59,147 bases of DNA from Pelagibacteraceae bacterium (lineage in GTDB: Bacteria; Pseudomonadota; Alphaproteobacteria; Pelagibacterales; Pelagibacteraceae), in the NCBI GenBank assembly GCA_017640265.1, contig JAGFVZ010000001.1:1-59147 (forward strand), given 5' to 3'. Below the pieces are notes generated by a model, which saw nothing but the letters and a program-made list of their open reading frames with translations, searched no databases and was not told where the DNA came from. Each line of letters begins with the position of its first letter. Position 1 is the first letter of the stretch. A program made the translations under genes and the position numbers. Shown here piece by piece: positions 1-10,775 of this stretch.

Positions 1-289
1 TCATAGTTAAAAATTCTGATATAATTTTTTTTGCTATATCAAAATCTTTCCCTTTTACAATCTCTGTCATAATCGATGCCGAAGCCATTGAAATAGCACA
101 GCCTTCTCCTTCGAATGAAAGATCGCTCACTTTTTTATTATCATCCGATTTTAAAAATACGTGCACTTTATCACCGCAAAGCGGATTGTATCCTTCTGCC
201 TCTTTATTGAAACCATCACATTTTTTTTTATTTCTAGGATTCTTTCCGTGGTCTAATATTATTTCTTGATATAATTCTTTTAAATCCAT
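1..289 (-). CDS. sufU: SUF-system NifU/SufU-type Fe-S scaffold protein, N-terminal part (gene runs off the left edge)
   Basis: Hand translation from the ATG at 289..287 gives MDLKELYQEIILDHGKNPRNKKK..GYNPLCGDKVHVFL..FEGEGCAISMASASIMTE. This contains the NPLCGD and GCAIS cysteine motifs of the IscU/SufU N-domain. The gene lies directly downstream of sufS, whose stop is at 290-292. Confidence 0.75.
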   Translation of the reverse strand, partial: MDLKELYQEIILDHGKNPRNKKKCDGFNKEAEGYNPLCGDKVHVFLKSDDNKKVSDLSFEGEGCAISMASASIMTEIVKGKDFDIAKKIISEFLTM

Positions 290-1507
290 TTAAATTTTAA
301 AAACTTTCTTGCAGTTATTTATGGCTTTACTTAAAACATCAATATCTTCCTTAGAGTTATAAATGCCTAAAGAAACTCTTGCAGTTGCAGCGATACCAAA
401 TTTTTCATGTAAAATTTGGCAGCAATGATGACCGGCTCTTATTGCAACTCCATCTTCATCTAAAATGGTAGCTATGTCGTGAGGATGGATGCCTTTTATA
501 GTAAACGATATAATTGACCCCCTACTCTTTGGATCTCCGATAATTTTAACAGAGTTATGTTTCCTAAGCTGTTCTAATCCATATTCCATAATTTCTTTTT
601 CATGTTGCATAATATTTTTTATTCCGATGTTTTCGATAAATTTAATGGATTCTGAAAACCCAACTACCTCTGCTGTCTGTAATGTTCCTGCTTCATATTT
701 AGCAGGACTTTCGGCAAAAGTAATACCATCTTTTTTTACTTCTTCGATCATTCCTCCGCCTCCATGATATGGAGATAATTCGTCTAACCATTTCTTCTTT
801 GCATACAAAATTCCTACCCCTGTTGGACCATACATTTTATGGCAAGAGATAGCATAAAAATCACAACCTAGTTCTTGCATGTTTAATGGTAAATGAGGTG
901 CGGCTTGACTCCCGTCAATCAATACAGGAATTTTTTTTGTTTTTGCTAAATCAATAATTTTTTTAATAGGTAAAATTGCTCCAGTAACATTTGACAGATG
1001 AGTAAGTGCAATAATTCTAGTTTTGCTTGATATTAATTTTCTGATTTCATCAACATCAACTTCTCCTTTGTCATTGCATTCTGCAAATTTAATAACAGCC
1101 CCTTTTCTCTGTCTTATAAAGTGCCATGGCACATAATTAGAATGATGTTCTAATTCAGTAATTAAAATTTCATCACCTTTTTGAATAAATTTTTCACCAT
1201 AAGTCGTGGCAATTAAATTAATTGATTCAGTAGCATTCTTGGTAAATATTATTTCCTCTCTTGATTTAGCGTTTATATATTTTTTAACAATGTCTCTTGT
1301 CTCTTCGAATCTGTTAGTAGCTGTCACTGCTAAGCTATGCACACTTCTTCCAATATTTGAAAATTCTTTTTGATAAAATTTAGAAATTCTATCTATAACT
1401 CTTTTCGGTTTCTGAGATGAATTTGCACTGTCCAAATAAATTAATGGTTTCCCGTTTATTTTTTCTTGAAAAATTGGAAACTGAGATTTAATTAGCTTAA
1501 TGTCCAT
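290..1507 (-). CDS. sufS: Cysteine desulfurase SufS (class V PLP aminotransferase)
   Basis: 405-aa ORF. It has the PLP-Lys region SCHKMYGPTGVG and the catalytic Cys loop RAGHHCCQ. It sits last in the sufBCDS order. Confidence 0.93.
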   Translation of the reverse strand: MDIKLIKSQFPIFQEKINGKPLIYLDSANSSQKPKRVIDRISKFYQKEFSNIGRSVHSLAVTATNRFEETRDIVKKYINAKSREEIIFTKNATESINLIATTYGEKFIQKGDEILITELEHHSNYVPWHFIRQRKGAVIKFAECNDKGEVDVDEIRKLISSKTRIIALTHLSNVTGAILPIKKIIDLAKTKKIPVLIDGSQAAPHLPLNMQELGCDFYAISCHKMYGPTGVGILYAKKKWLDELSPYHGGGGMIEEVKKDGITFAESPAKYEAGTLQTAEVVGFSESIKFIENIGIKNIMQHEKEIMEYGLEQLRKHNSVKIIGDPKSRGSIISFTIKGIHPHDIATILDEDGVAIRAGHHCCQILHEKFGIAATARVSLGIYNSKEDIDVLSKAINNCKKVFKI

Positions 1508-2747
1508 AAATTTGTTTCGCTAGTTTGTCTTGAATAAATTTTTTAATCGAAGCACTTTTAATAATTTGAACTACATCATCTAAAAATCCTTTTATTAAAA
1601 GTTTTGTAGACTCTTTTCTATTTAGACCTCTCGTCATCAAATAATAAAGTGAATCTTCATCAAGACTTCCAGAAGTGGATCCGTGGGAACATTTAACGTT
1701 GTCAGCATAAATCTCTAATTCAGGTTTGGAATCAAATTCAGAATCGCTACTTAATAATAAGGCTTTGCTTAACTGATAAGCGTTAGTTTTTTGGGCGATA
1801 TTTTTTACATAAATTTTACCCTGATACACACCTTTGCTATCAGAGCTTAAAACACTCTTAACTTTTTGGTAACTCTTACAATTCTCAGCTAAATGATTTA
1901 TGCGCGTTTTAATTTCCTGATGATCATTGGTATTCAAAAATAAGGCTGATTGTACGTTACATTCAGAATTTTTTCCCTCTAAATCACATTCAATGTCTAA
2001 TTTGTTAAATTTGAGTCCTGATGAAAAAATAAAACTTGTATAGTTTGAATTTGACAAAAGTTTATTTTTTGAAAATTTATAAAAATAACCATTACTTCTA
2101 TTGTCTTGAATAAATATATGTTTAAACTTAGAATTTTTTTCCAATATCACGTTCTCACAAATATTGTTTATAAATTTAAATTTGGATTCATTGACAGTAT
2201 AGTCAATAATATGAATCTCTGAATTTTCTTTGATTGTTATTTTGTTTTTTTTATTTAAAATTTTATTCTTCAGGTCTTTCGTAAAAAAGTTATAAATTAT
2301 TACAACTTTTTTAAGTCTATAATTCTTTTCAATCTCTAATGAATATCCTTCTTTTGCTAAGGCGTTATTTAAACAAACTAATGGATTTTGGCTTGTTTCA
2401 TAATTGATGTTATCTTTCTTGTAAGAATTAATTCTGATTTTACTTTTATCTTCGTAATCAAAGTTGCTTGATTGTAAATTGCCATTTACAAGTAATATAT
2501 AATTGTGATCAAAATCTTTAAGTAAATTTATTTTTTTAATATCAGCTAATGTATTTTTTGTGTCTAATTGATCAAAATTTTTATAAACTATGTCTCTAAA
2601 ATCTGAAAATTTCCAATCTTCAAGTTTTTTACTTGGAAATCCATTGGTATTAAAAAATTCTAAATTTTTTATTCTAAAGTTCTTTTCTTTTTCGCTTATT
2701 TTTTCAATTTTATCGATCTCACTAGAATTAACTTCAAAATTGTGCAT
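1497..2747 (-). CDS. sufD: Fe-S cluster assembly protein SufD
   Basis: 416-aa ORF between sufC and sufS. The C-terminal SufBD domain reads CSHGSTSGSLDEDSLYYLMTRGL. It overlaps sufS by 11 nt. Confidence 0.88.
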   Translation of the reverse strand: MHNFEVNSSEIDKIEKISEKEKNFRIKNLEFFNTNGFPSKKLEDWKFSDFRDIVYKNFDQLDTKNTLADIKKINLLKDFDHNYILLVNGNLQSSNFDYEDKSKIRINSYKKDNINYETSQNPLVCLNNALAKEGYSLEIEKNYRLKKVVIIYNFFTKDLKNKILNKKNKITIKENSEIHIIDYTVNESKFKFINNICENVILEKNSKFKHIFIQDNRSNGYFYKFSKNKLLSNSNYTSFIFSSGLKFNKLDIECDLEGKNSECNVQSALFLNTNDHQEIKTRINHLAENCKSYQKVKSVLSSDSKGVYQGKIYVKNIAQKTNAYQLSKALLLSSDSEFDSKPELEIYADNVKCSHGSTSGSLDEDSLYYLMTRGLNRKESTKLLIKGFLDDVVQIIKSASIKKFIQDKLAKQIYGH

Positions 2748-2751
2748 TATT

Positions 2752-3486
2752 TTAATTTGTTTTTTTGTAACCTGTTTTTTCTAATTCTTCAGCTAATTCA
2801 CTACATCCAGATTTGACAATTTTTCCATCAGACAAAACATGAACAAAATCAGGTTTGATGTAATTAAGCAATCTTTGATAATGAGTTATAACTAAAAAAG
2901 ATTTTTTTTTATTTCTTGATGAATTTACTCCGTTAGCGATAACTTTTAGAGCATCAATGTCCAATCCTGAGTCGGTTTCATCTAGTATAGAAAAGTTTGG
3001 ATCTAAAATTTTCATTTGTAAAATTTCATTTTTTTTCTTTTCGCCGCCAGAAAAACCAACGTTTAATTGTCTTGATAAAAAATTCTCATCAATTCCAAGT
3101 TCGGATGATTTTTCTTTCAGCAATTTTAAAAAGGACAGCGTGTCCATTTCTTTTTCACCTCTTGCTTTACGAATAGAGTTTAAAGATGTTTTTAAAAAAA
3201 TATTTGTGTTTACCCCAGGTATTTCTAGAGGATATTGAAAAGCCAAAAAAATTCCTTTTTTAGCTCTTTCTTCAATGGTGATTTCTTTTAGATCTTTTCC
3301 TTCAAAATTTAATTTTCCAGAAATTTTATACCCGCCTTTTCCTGATAGGACATTTGCTAAAGTACTTTTGCCTGAACCATTGGGGCCCATTATTGCATGT
3401 AATTCACCAGGTTTTATACTTAAATTTAGACCTTTAAGAATTGATTTATTATTTATCGATACTTGTAAATTTTTAATTTCTAACAT
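2752..3486 (-). CDS. sufC: Fe-S cluster assembly ATPase SufC
   Basis: Walker A GPNGSGKST, ABC signature FSGGEKKK and Walker B ILDETDSGLD. The start codon shares one nucleotide with the sufB stop (TAATG). Confidence 0.95.
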   Translation of the reverse strand: MLEIKNLQVSINNKSILKGLNLSIKPGELHAIMGPNGSGKSTLANVLSGKGGYKISGKLNFEGKDLKEITIEERAKKGIFLAFQYPLEIPGVNTNIFLKTSLNSIRKARGEKEMDTLSFLKLLKEKSSELGIDENFLSRQLNVGFSGGEKKKNEILQMKILDPNFSILDETDSGLDIDALKVIANGVNSSRNKKKSFLVITHYQRLLNYIKPDFVHVLSDGKIVKSGCSELAEELEKTGYKKTN

Positions 3487-4922
3487 TATCCAACGCTTCC
3501 CTCTAAACTAATACTCACTAATTTTTGAGCCTCTACAGCAAATTCCATTGGCAATTGCTGTAGCACTTCTTTACAGAAACCATTTACAATTAGACTGACA
3601 GATTCCTCTTGGTTTAAACCTCTTTGATTACAATAAAATAATTGCTCTTCGTTTATTTTAGATGTGGTAGCTTCATGTTCTGCGATAGATGAAGAATTTT
3701 TATTCTTAATATAAGGAATGGTATGGGCACCACATTTGTTACCCATAAGTAATGAATCACATTGAGTATAATTTCTTGAATTTAAAGCTTTTCTTCCAAT
3801 GTCAACCAAACCTCTGTAAGTATTATCAGCTTTCCCTGCTGATATTCCTTTTGAAATAATTTTGCTTTTTGTATTTTTTCCTAAATGAATCATCTTCGTT
3901 CCTGTATCAGCTTTTTGGTGATTGTTTGTAATTGCGATTGAGTAAAATTCACCTATAGAATTATCTCCTTGCAATATGCAGCTAGGATACTTCCATGTAA
4001 TTGCAGATCCAGTTTCAACTTGTGTCCAAGAAATTTTAGAATTTCTTCCTCTACAAACACCTCTTTTTGTAACAAAATTATAAATGCCACCAACTCCATC
4101 TTTATCTCCTGGATACCAATTCTGAACCGTTGAATATTTAATCTCCGCATCATCTAAAGCTACTAATTCAACATTTGCTACATGTAATTGTTTTTCATTT
4201 CTTATGGGCGCCGTGCAACCTTCAAGGTAACTAACATAGCTTCCTTTATCAGCTATGATAAGTGTTCTTTCAAACTGTCCTGTTTCTGAAGCGTTAATCC
4301 TGAAATAGGTAGATAGCTCCATTGGACATCTAACATTAGGAGGGATGTATACAAAAGAACCGTCGGTAAAAACTGCTGAATTAAGTGTAGCAAAATAGTG
4401 ATCACTTATAGGTATTACGGAACCTAAATATTTTTTAACTAGATCAGAGTGTTTTTGAATTGCTTCAGAAATAGAACAAAAAATTATTCCTTTTTTTGTT
4501 AATTCATCTTTATAAGTTGTAGCAACCGATACCGAGTCAAATATAGCGTCAACAGCAACGCCGCTCAATTTTTTTTGTTCTTGTAATGGAATTCCTAATT
4601 TATTGTATGTTTCAATTAACTTGGGATCTACTTCGTCTAGGCTTTTGGGTTTATCAGATAAACTTTTGGGAGCAGAATAATAGTATAGGTCTTGATAATT
4701 AATTTTGGGATATTTTGGTTTCTGCCAATTCGGCTCTTCGAGATTTTTAAATCTCTTAAATGCTTTTAATCTCCAATCTAACATCCATTTAGGTTCTTTT
4801 TTAATATCTGATATAAATTTAATAGACTGTTCACTTAAACCTTTAGGCGCACGAATATTCTCAATATCTGTGATAAATCCATATTTATAATCTTGATTTA
4901 TATTTATATTTTGTTTTTTCAT
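3486..4922 (-). CDS. sufB: Fe-S cluster assembly scaffold SufB
   Basis: 478-aa ORF with a highly conserved SufB core ([11 protein letters not shown].., [21 protein letters not shown]). Confidence 0.95.
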   Translation of the reverse strand: MKKQNININQDYKYGFITDIENIRAPKGLSEQSIKFISDIKKEPKWMLDWRLKAFKRFKNLEEPNWQKPKYPKINYQDLYYYSAPKSLSDKPKSLDEVDPKLIETYNKLGIPLQEQKKLSGVAVDAIFDSVSVATTYKDELTKKGIIFCSISEAIQKHSDLVKKYLGSVIPISDHYFATLNSAVFTDGSFVYIPPNVRCPMELSTYFRINASETGQFERTLIIADKGSYVSYLEGCTAPIRNEKQLHVANVELVALDDAEIKYSTVQNWYPGDKDGVGGIYNFVTKRGVCRGRNSKISWTQVETGSAITWKYPSCILQGDNSIGEFYSIAITNNHQKADTGTKMIHLGKNTKSKIISKGISAGKADNTYRGLVDIGRKALNSRNYTQCDSLLMGNKCGAHTIPYIKNKNSSSIAEHEATTSKINEEQLFYCNQRGLNQEESVSLIVNGFCKEVLQQLPMEFAVEAQKLVSISLEGSVG

Positions 4923-5348
4923 TTAATTTAAATCTGATTGTTTTTGTTTTATTAAATCGCCTAAGTTTGTACTATCAAAAAAATCATTTATGTGTTGTTC
5001 AAGATCTACCCACAGATGATGAGTAATACATCTAACAGATTTTCCCTGGCAGCTTTTTTTTGAATTCCTGTTACAGTTTAAAGTTTTAACCTCCTCATCA
5101 ACGGCAAAAATTATATTTGAAATTTTTATGTCCTTGGGGGTTTTTTCTAAAATATAACCGCCCAAAGGTCCTCTAACACTTTTAACCAATTTTCTATTTT
5201 TTAGTTTAGAAAAAAGTTGTTCTAAATAAGATAAAGAAATATTTTGTCTCAAAGATATATCTTTAAGACTAACTGGTTTTAGTTTTTGATTGGCCGCTAT
5301 ATCCGCCATTGCCATAACTGCGTATCTGCCTTTAGTAGTAAGCTTCAT
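4923..5348 (-). CDS. Rrf2-family transcriptional regulator (IscR/SufR-like), first gene of the suf operon
   Basis: The N-terminal wHTH reads MKLTTKGRYAVMAMADIA..LSYLEQLFSKL. A C-terminal Cys cluster (C..C..C then HH) is present. Its stop abuts the sufB start with no spacer. Confidence 0.85.
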   Translation of the reverse strand: MKLTTKGRYAVMAMADIAANQKLKPVSLKDISLRQNISLSYLEQLFSKLKNRKLVKSVRGPLGGYILEKTPKDIKISNIIFAVDEEVKTLNCNRNSKKSCQGKSVRCITHHLWVDLEQHINDFFDSTNLGDLIKQKQSDLN

Positions 5349-5372
5349 ATTTTGTAGTATTTTAGAGGTTTA

Positions 5373-5391
5373 TTTACTAATTCCTAGTAAA
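5373..5391. promoter_or_regulatory. Candidate operator: inverted repeat TTTACTA-N5-TAGTAAA upstream of the Rrf2-suf operon
   Basis: Perfect 7-nt arms at 5373-5379 and 5385-5391, 25-43 nt upstream of the Rrf2 start codon (5348). The repeat lies in the divergent intergenic region. Confidence 0.3.
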
Positions 5392-5482
5392 ATAGTCAAC
5401 TTTATAAAAAATAAATAAATGTGTCACGTTCAAAACATGTTATAAATCTTCTTTTTTTTGAAATTAATTATCATTATTAACC

Positions 5483-6139
5483 ATGAAGCAAAAAAGTTTA
5501 GAAGTTTTTATACCAAGTTCGTCTGGTCGAATAGAAGGAAGGTACTTTAAAAATCAAAAAGAAGGATCTCCGATCGCTATTATTTTACATCCACATCCGC
5601 AATATGGAGGAACAATGAATAATAGAATTGTACAAGAAACATATAATATTTTTATAAAAAATGGATTTTCTGTTTTAAAATTTAATTTTAGAGGTGTCGG
5701 AAAAAGTGATGGAACATTTGACAATGGACAAGGAGAACTTTCTGATGCTGCTACAGCGCTAGATTGGATTGAAAGAGAAAATCAAGATTATAGTCAATGT
5801 TGGGTTTCGGGATTTTCTTTTGGTTCTTTAATTTGTATGCAACTAATAATGAGAAGACCTGAGGTGACAAAATTTATAGCTATTGCGCCACAACCAAATG
5901 TTTATGATTTTACCTTTTTAGCGCCATGTCCAACTTCGGGACAAATTATTTTTGGTGAAAAAGATGAACTGGTATCAAAATCAAGCATTCAAGATTTAAA
6001 TAATAGGTTAAAAAGTCAAAAGGGAATAGAAGTAGATTTTTCTGAGATAAAAAACTCAAATCATTTTTTCAAAGATAAGGAAGAAGATCTAAAAAAAGTT
6101 ATTGATAAATATATACAAAAAAATACTGCACTTATTTAG
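5483..6139 (+). CDS. Alpha/beta-fold hydrolase (small single-domain, COG2945-like)
   Basis: 218-aa ORF with a nucleophile elbow GFSFGS and a conserved HPHPQYGGTMNN segment, typical of this hydrolase family. Confidence 0.7.
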   Translation: MKQKSLEVFIPSSSGRIEGRYFKNQKEGSPIAIILHPHPQYGGTMNNRIVQETYNIFIKNGFSVLKFNFRGVGKSDGTFDNGQGELSDAATALDWIERENQDYSQCWVSGFSFGSLICMQLIMRRPEVTKFIAIAPQPNVYDFTFLAPCPTSGQIIFGEKDELVSKSSIQDLNNRLKSQKGIEVDFSEIKNSNHFFKDKEEDLKKVIDKYIQKNTALI

Positions 6140-7276
6140 TCTTTACAGTTACCCCTCCAGTAAATCCATCCCTATCTTTAGATTTGCATCCCGTTGTATA
6201 GAAAGATGATATCGGCATTTTTAAAAAAGATCTTATAGCTAGATACGCAAATGCTTGGGACTCTACAAAATCTCCATCTATTCCATAATCATCAATTGAT
6301 TGGATACTATATTTTTAAATATATTTCGCTAAGACGTTTCATTAAAAATTTATTTTTCTACCACCGCCGCAAACTACAATTTCCATAACTTATCTCTTGT
6401 TCCGTCTAAAATAATCAGAAGCGCAGATGATAAGAGTCTAACAGTAAATTCAACTAAAGTAGCAGCGCCATCTTCAAGAGAAAGACTCCTAACGAAAGAT
6501 ATATCAAAATCTTTTATATCTAAAGAAAATCTAGTTTCATCTTTTACCTGAGGAGATTTTTCAATGAGTTGCCTAAAAATAGTTTCATTCTTTTTTCCTG
6601 ATTGTGCTATTAAACCATCTTGATCATATTGTTTTTTAGAATTTTCTCTAATCCATTTATCAATTAAACAATTTCCAGGTCCAATATCATAACTACGCAT
6701 AGTTTCGTGTTCATGAGATAATACTGCAGTTATATTTGCTATACCTCCCAAATTTAGGACGCAAACAGGTAGATCGATTTTATTTTGGATTACCATTTGT
6801 TGATGAAAAATTGGTGTTAATGGAGCTCCTTGTCCATTATTTTTTAAATCATTTTGTCTAAAATCATAAATAACAGTCTTTTTTGTAAGTTGTGACAAAA
6901 GTTTTCCATCTCCCAATTGCCTAGAAATCTTTTCTTTTGCATTATGAAAAATAGTCTGTCCGTGAAAACCTATTAGATCTATATTAAAGCCTCCTATTTC
7001 TGAACCGTTTATAATTTCTTTTATTACCTCAGCATGAAATAGGGTGATTTCTTTTTCTAGTGATTCTAGTTCTTTTGATAAATTCTCCAAATCTTTAGAA
7101 TTATTTATTTTGTCTTTTAAGTTATGAATATTTTTATAAACATCCTGATTGTACTTAAAATACTTATCCAAAATCACTTTATATTTAGTTTCGCCATCAG
7201 ATCGAATAACTGATGCATCTACACCGTCTCCGGATGTTCCGCTCATTAGCCCCAAAGATGTATATTCTTTTGTCAT
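6132..7276 (-). pseudogene. anmK: Anhydro-N-acetylmuramic acid kinase, reading frame interrupted three times near the 3' end as sequenced
   Basis: The 300-aa N-terminal ORF (GLMSGTSGDGVD.., GPGN) stops at 6374. The remaining conserved AnmK C-terminus is present in other frames: VCGGGRK, then NKFLMKRLSEIYLK, then IQSIDDYGIDGDFVESQAFAYLAIRSF..TGGV, with the stop at 6132-6134. Confidence 0.85.
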
Positions 7277-7333
7277 ATTTATATTTATTTATACCAATTT
7301 TTGTATAATAGTAGCTTTAGTACACAAAGTTCT

Positions 7334-8575
7334 ATGAAAAATGCTCTTTTATCGGAAATGAATTTAAGAGGTTTTCTGAATCAATGTACCGATTTAGAAA
7401 AACTGGATAAAGTTTGTAGTGAAAAATCAATAAGTGCCTATATAGGATTCGACTGTACTGCTAGCAGCCTCCACGTTGGAAGCTTATTGCAAATCATGGT
7501 TTTAAGACTTCTGCAAAAGCATGGTCATCAACCAATAGTCCTGTTAGGTGGTGGAACCACTTTGATTGGTGATCCGTCAGGTAAAGATTCGACAAGACAA
7601 ATTTTAAAACAAAAAAATATAAAAAAAAATATTTTAAGTATAAAAAAAATTTTTGAAAAACTTTTAAATTCTAAAAATAAAAAAACTAAACCTATTTTTG
7701 TAGATAATTATAGCTGGCTAGGAAAATTGAAGTATATCGATTTTTTGAGAGATGTTGGAAGACATTTTACAATTAACAAGATGCTTACATTCGACAGTGT
7801 AAAACTTCGATTGGAAAGAAAACAATCTTTAAGTTATATGGAGTTTAATTATATGATTTTACAGGCTTATGATTTTTATCAGTTATTTAAAAAAAATAAT
7901 TGCATTTTACAAATGGGTGGTTCTGATCAATGGGGAAATATTGTCAATGGTGTTGAATTAATCAGAAGAATTTTACAAAAAGAAGCTTTTGGCCTCACGA
8001 CTCCTCTAATAACTCTTTCCTCGGGAGATAAAATGGGCAAGTCTGAAAAAGGTGCGGTATGGTTAGATCAAAAATTATTTTCTGCATATGACTACTGGCA
8101 GTTCTGGAGAAACACTGCTGATGAAGATGTTAAAAAATTTTTAAAATACTTCACTGAAATAGATATAAATGAAATATCTAAAAAAATTGAGAACGAGAAA
8201 GACATCAACAAATTAAAAATATTGTTAGCAAATGAAGCGACCAACATATTGCATGGTTCAAAAGCTGCCAAAGACAGTGAGGAAACCGCAAAAGAAACTT
8301 TTATTCGAGGTGGTATTGGAAAAGAAATACCTGAAAAAAAAATTTCTAGAAAATTAATTTCAAAAGGGATTAACATTATAGACTTAGTTTTCCAGAATGG
8401 TCTTTCTTCTTCAAAAGGTGATGCAAGAAGAATATTGAAAAATAAAGGTATTAAAATAGATGATCAAATTATCAGTGATGAGAAAAAAATAATTGACTTA
8501 GAAAACTTTTCAGAAAAAAATTATATCAAATTATCTATCGGAAAAAAAACACACTTAAAGATTACAGCTATTTAG
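7334..8575 (+). CDS. tyrS: Tyrosine--tRNA ligase
   Basis: Class I signature region GFDCTASSLHVGSL, KMGKS (KMSKS-type) motif and a C-terminal S4-like domain. I prefer the ATG at 7334 over the upstream TTG at 7301 used by the ORF track. Confidence 0.93.
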   Translation: MKNALLSEMNLRGFLNQCTDLEKLDKVCSEKSISAYIGFDCTASSLHVGSLLQIMVLRLLQKHGHQPIVLLGGGTTLIGDPSGKDSTRQILKQKNIKKNILSIKKIFEKLLNSKNKKTKPIFVDNYSWLGKLKYIDFLRDVGRHFTINKMLTFDSVKLRLERKQSLSYMEFNYMILQAYDFYQLFKKNNCILQMGGSDQWGNIVNGVELIRRILQKEAFGLTTPLITLSSGDKMGKSEKGAVWLDQKLFSAYDYWQFWRNTADEDVKKFLKYFTEIDINEISKKIENEKDINKLKILLANEATNILHGSKAAKDSEETAKETFIRGGIGKEIPEKKISRKLISKGINIIDLVFQNGLSSSKGDARRILKNKGIKIDDQIISDEKKIIDLENFSEKNYIKLSIGKKTHLKITAI

Positions 8576-10775
8576 AATTTCTTTTTTTTATATTTTCCAA
8601 TGTTCGAGTAATAAACCTTGGCGTAAGAGTTTTGACAGGATTAACGGTCGTTTTTAAATCATCTGGTAAACCCTTAATTTTAAAACTTAATCCAAAAAGA
8701 CCTTCTCCAGCTTTTTTACCAATCAAAATATTACCTACTACTGGAATCTTTGAAATTAAAGTATTTAAGGTTTTAGCGGGTATCAATGTCCCTCTTAAAC
8801 TGATTAATCCGCTTCCTCTTTCCATATATCCGTCCATTAAAATTGAAATGGATGGACCAATCATAAATATTTCTTTTATGTTCATGGTGGTTGGGTCAGT
8901 CTCATATTTTATAATCAGAGTATCAAAAGTTATACCTTCGCCTTTTAATGTATCGGCAAGACCTTGTAAGTCTGCCAAACTCAATAATTTTGCAAAAGCA
9001 GGAGCTTTAATTAATTTAAAATTATCTACTGTTAGAACTGCAGAAGAATTTTTATCATCAAATTTTGACACATAAAGTAAATTTCCATTTCTCAAACCGT
9101 CAAAAAATTTGTAACTATTCACTATTGGTCTGGCTATATCTGAATAAATTTCCAAAATTTTTCTGTTAGAATTTTTTTCTTTTTTTAAAGAAACGTCTAA
9201 GTATTTACCATTTGTAAATTCACTTTTTCCAGAAAGTTTTTCAAAATTACCCTTATTAATAAATCCGATAAGTCTAAACTTCTCTAGTGGAAACTCAGTA
9301 TTTGTCGAAACTCTATCAAAATCAATCTCAACATTTTTTGATATATTTTTCAAAAAATTACTTTTATTTGCTTTACTAAGTTCTTTTGCCAGTAATTTTG
9401 CATCAAAATTTGTGCCTTTAATTTTAATTTTTTTCTTATTTTCAATTGTAAAATCGTTGTTAAATTCAGCGTTTAGTTTGGTTTTCACATAAATTTTATC
9501 AAAATCTAATAAATAATAATCTTTACTTAATTTTAAATTTTCTATCTGAAATAAATCTTGATCACTTGAAAAATAAATTTTATTAAAAAAAAGATTGTCC
9601 TTTTTTTCAATAAAAAATTCGCATGAAAGACTGGATGACTTAAGATCATTAGAATTCGAAGAATAATTTATTAATGGAATTTTTATTGGATGTTTTCCTG
9701 TAAAAATGACATTTAATTTATTAATTTTATTTTTTTTATTGTAAGTAAAATTGTGAAATTCTTCATTAGTTTTGATTTGTCCAAAAATTGAAAATTTATC
9801 TATTTTTTGGTTCTTGTAATCTAAATTAAAATTCAAATCTTTTAGATGAACTTTTTCTATTTTTTCTTTTAAAAGACTATTATTTATTTTTTCTTTTAGA
9901 TCAGTCGTTAAATGAGTTAGTGAACCCGTTCCATTAACATCAAATTTTTTTATTGCTAGTGTTTTATCTAACTTTAAATTAAATGTTTTTGTAAAAGATC
10001 CTTTTAAAGATAAATTTGAAAAATTATTAGTATTAAATCCAATCATAGAAAATATTTTCTTACTATTTGGCCCTGAAGAATTAATTTTATTTTTCAATAC
10101 TGCGGTAATATTATGGCCTTCTTGATCTTTGTTATAATCTATTTTGCCTTCATAAATTTGAAGACCATCCAATTTAGCGGATAAGTCTTCTAAATTTAAT
10201 GACTGCTTTTCATAAAAAAAATTAAAATTTATATCCTTAATTAAATATTCATTTTTAATGTTAACCGCTGTTTCTTTTACAAGGCCACTTATATTAAAGT
10301 TGTCTTTTGGTTTAAAACTTTCATCAAATTCTATTTCAGAATAGATTTTAAATTTTGAGCGCTTAACATTATTTAATAAAATTTTCCTAAAGTTGCCTGG
10401 CTTGATCCTCACAATTATCGGTTTTATTGAATTAAAGTCTATATAATTGGTGTTTATACTTACTTTCTTAATACTATTTTTATTTTGTAATAGGGAAAGC
10501 AAATCTATATCTGCTCTGAGAGTATTTAAAGGAATTGGTTTTTTTAAATAACTAACCTGAGGATTAATAAACTTTAAAAATACTAATTTTTTTTACATCT
10601 AATAAAATTGAAATTTTTTCAAAATTTAGATCCAAATTTTGATCATTTTTTTAATTTGAGAAATTATGATATTATTAAATTTTTTTGTTTCATAACCAAA
10701 ATAAGATAAATAAAATAAAACAATTATTAATGAGATAAAAAGTACAGAAAATATTAAAAAAACAGTTTTTTTCAT
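8568..10775 (-). CDS. AsmA-like / YhdP-like outer-envelope biogenesis protein, frame interrupted twice near the 5' end as sequenced
   Basis: The 644-aa ORF has an AsmA-family C-terminus (PVVGNILIGKKAGEGLFGLSFKIKG..). A signal-anchor N-terminus, MKKTVFLIFSVLFISLIIVLFYL, starts at 10775 in the same frame. About 60-75 nt between them read sensibly only in a different frame. Confidence 0.7.

Noticed and set aside
8632-9075. A 147-aa ORF on the plus strand, plus similar track ORFs at 489-767, 2957-3238, 3275-3511, 12037-12327, 13741-14094, 16288-16536, 30080-30310, 31082-31318, 36364-36654, 37208-37540, 46726-47127, 49473-49718, 51261-51449, 55796-56155 and 58548-58859.
   Set aside because: All lie antisense to, or out of frame within, strongly supported conserved genes. 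They have low-complexity Phe/Ser/Leu/Ile-rich translations typical of the reverse strand of Lys/Glu/Asn-rich genes, and none shows a recognisable motif.
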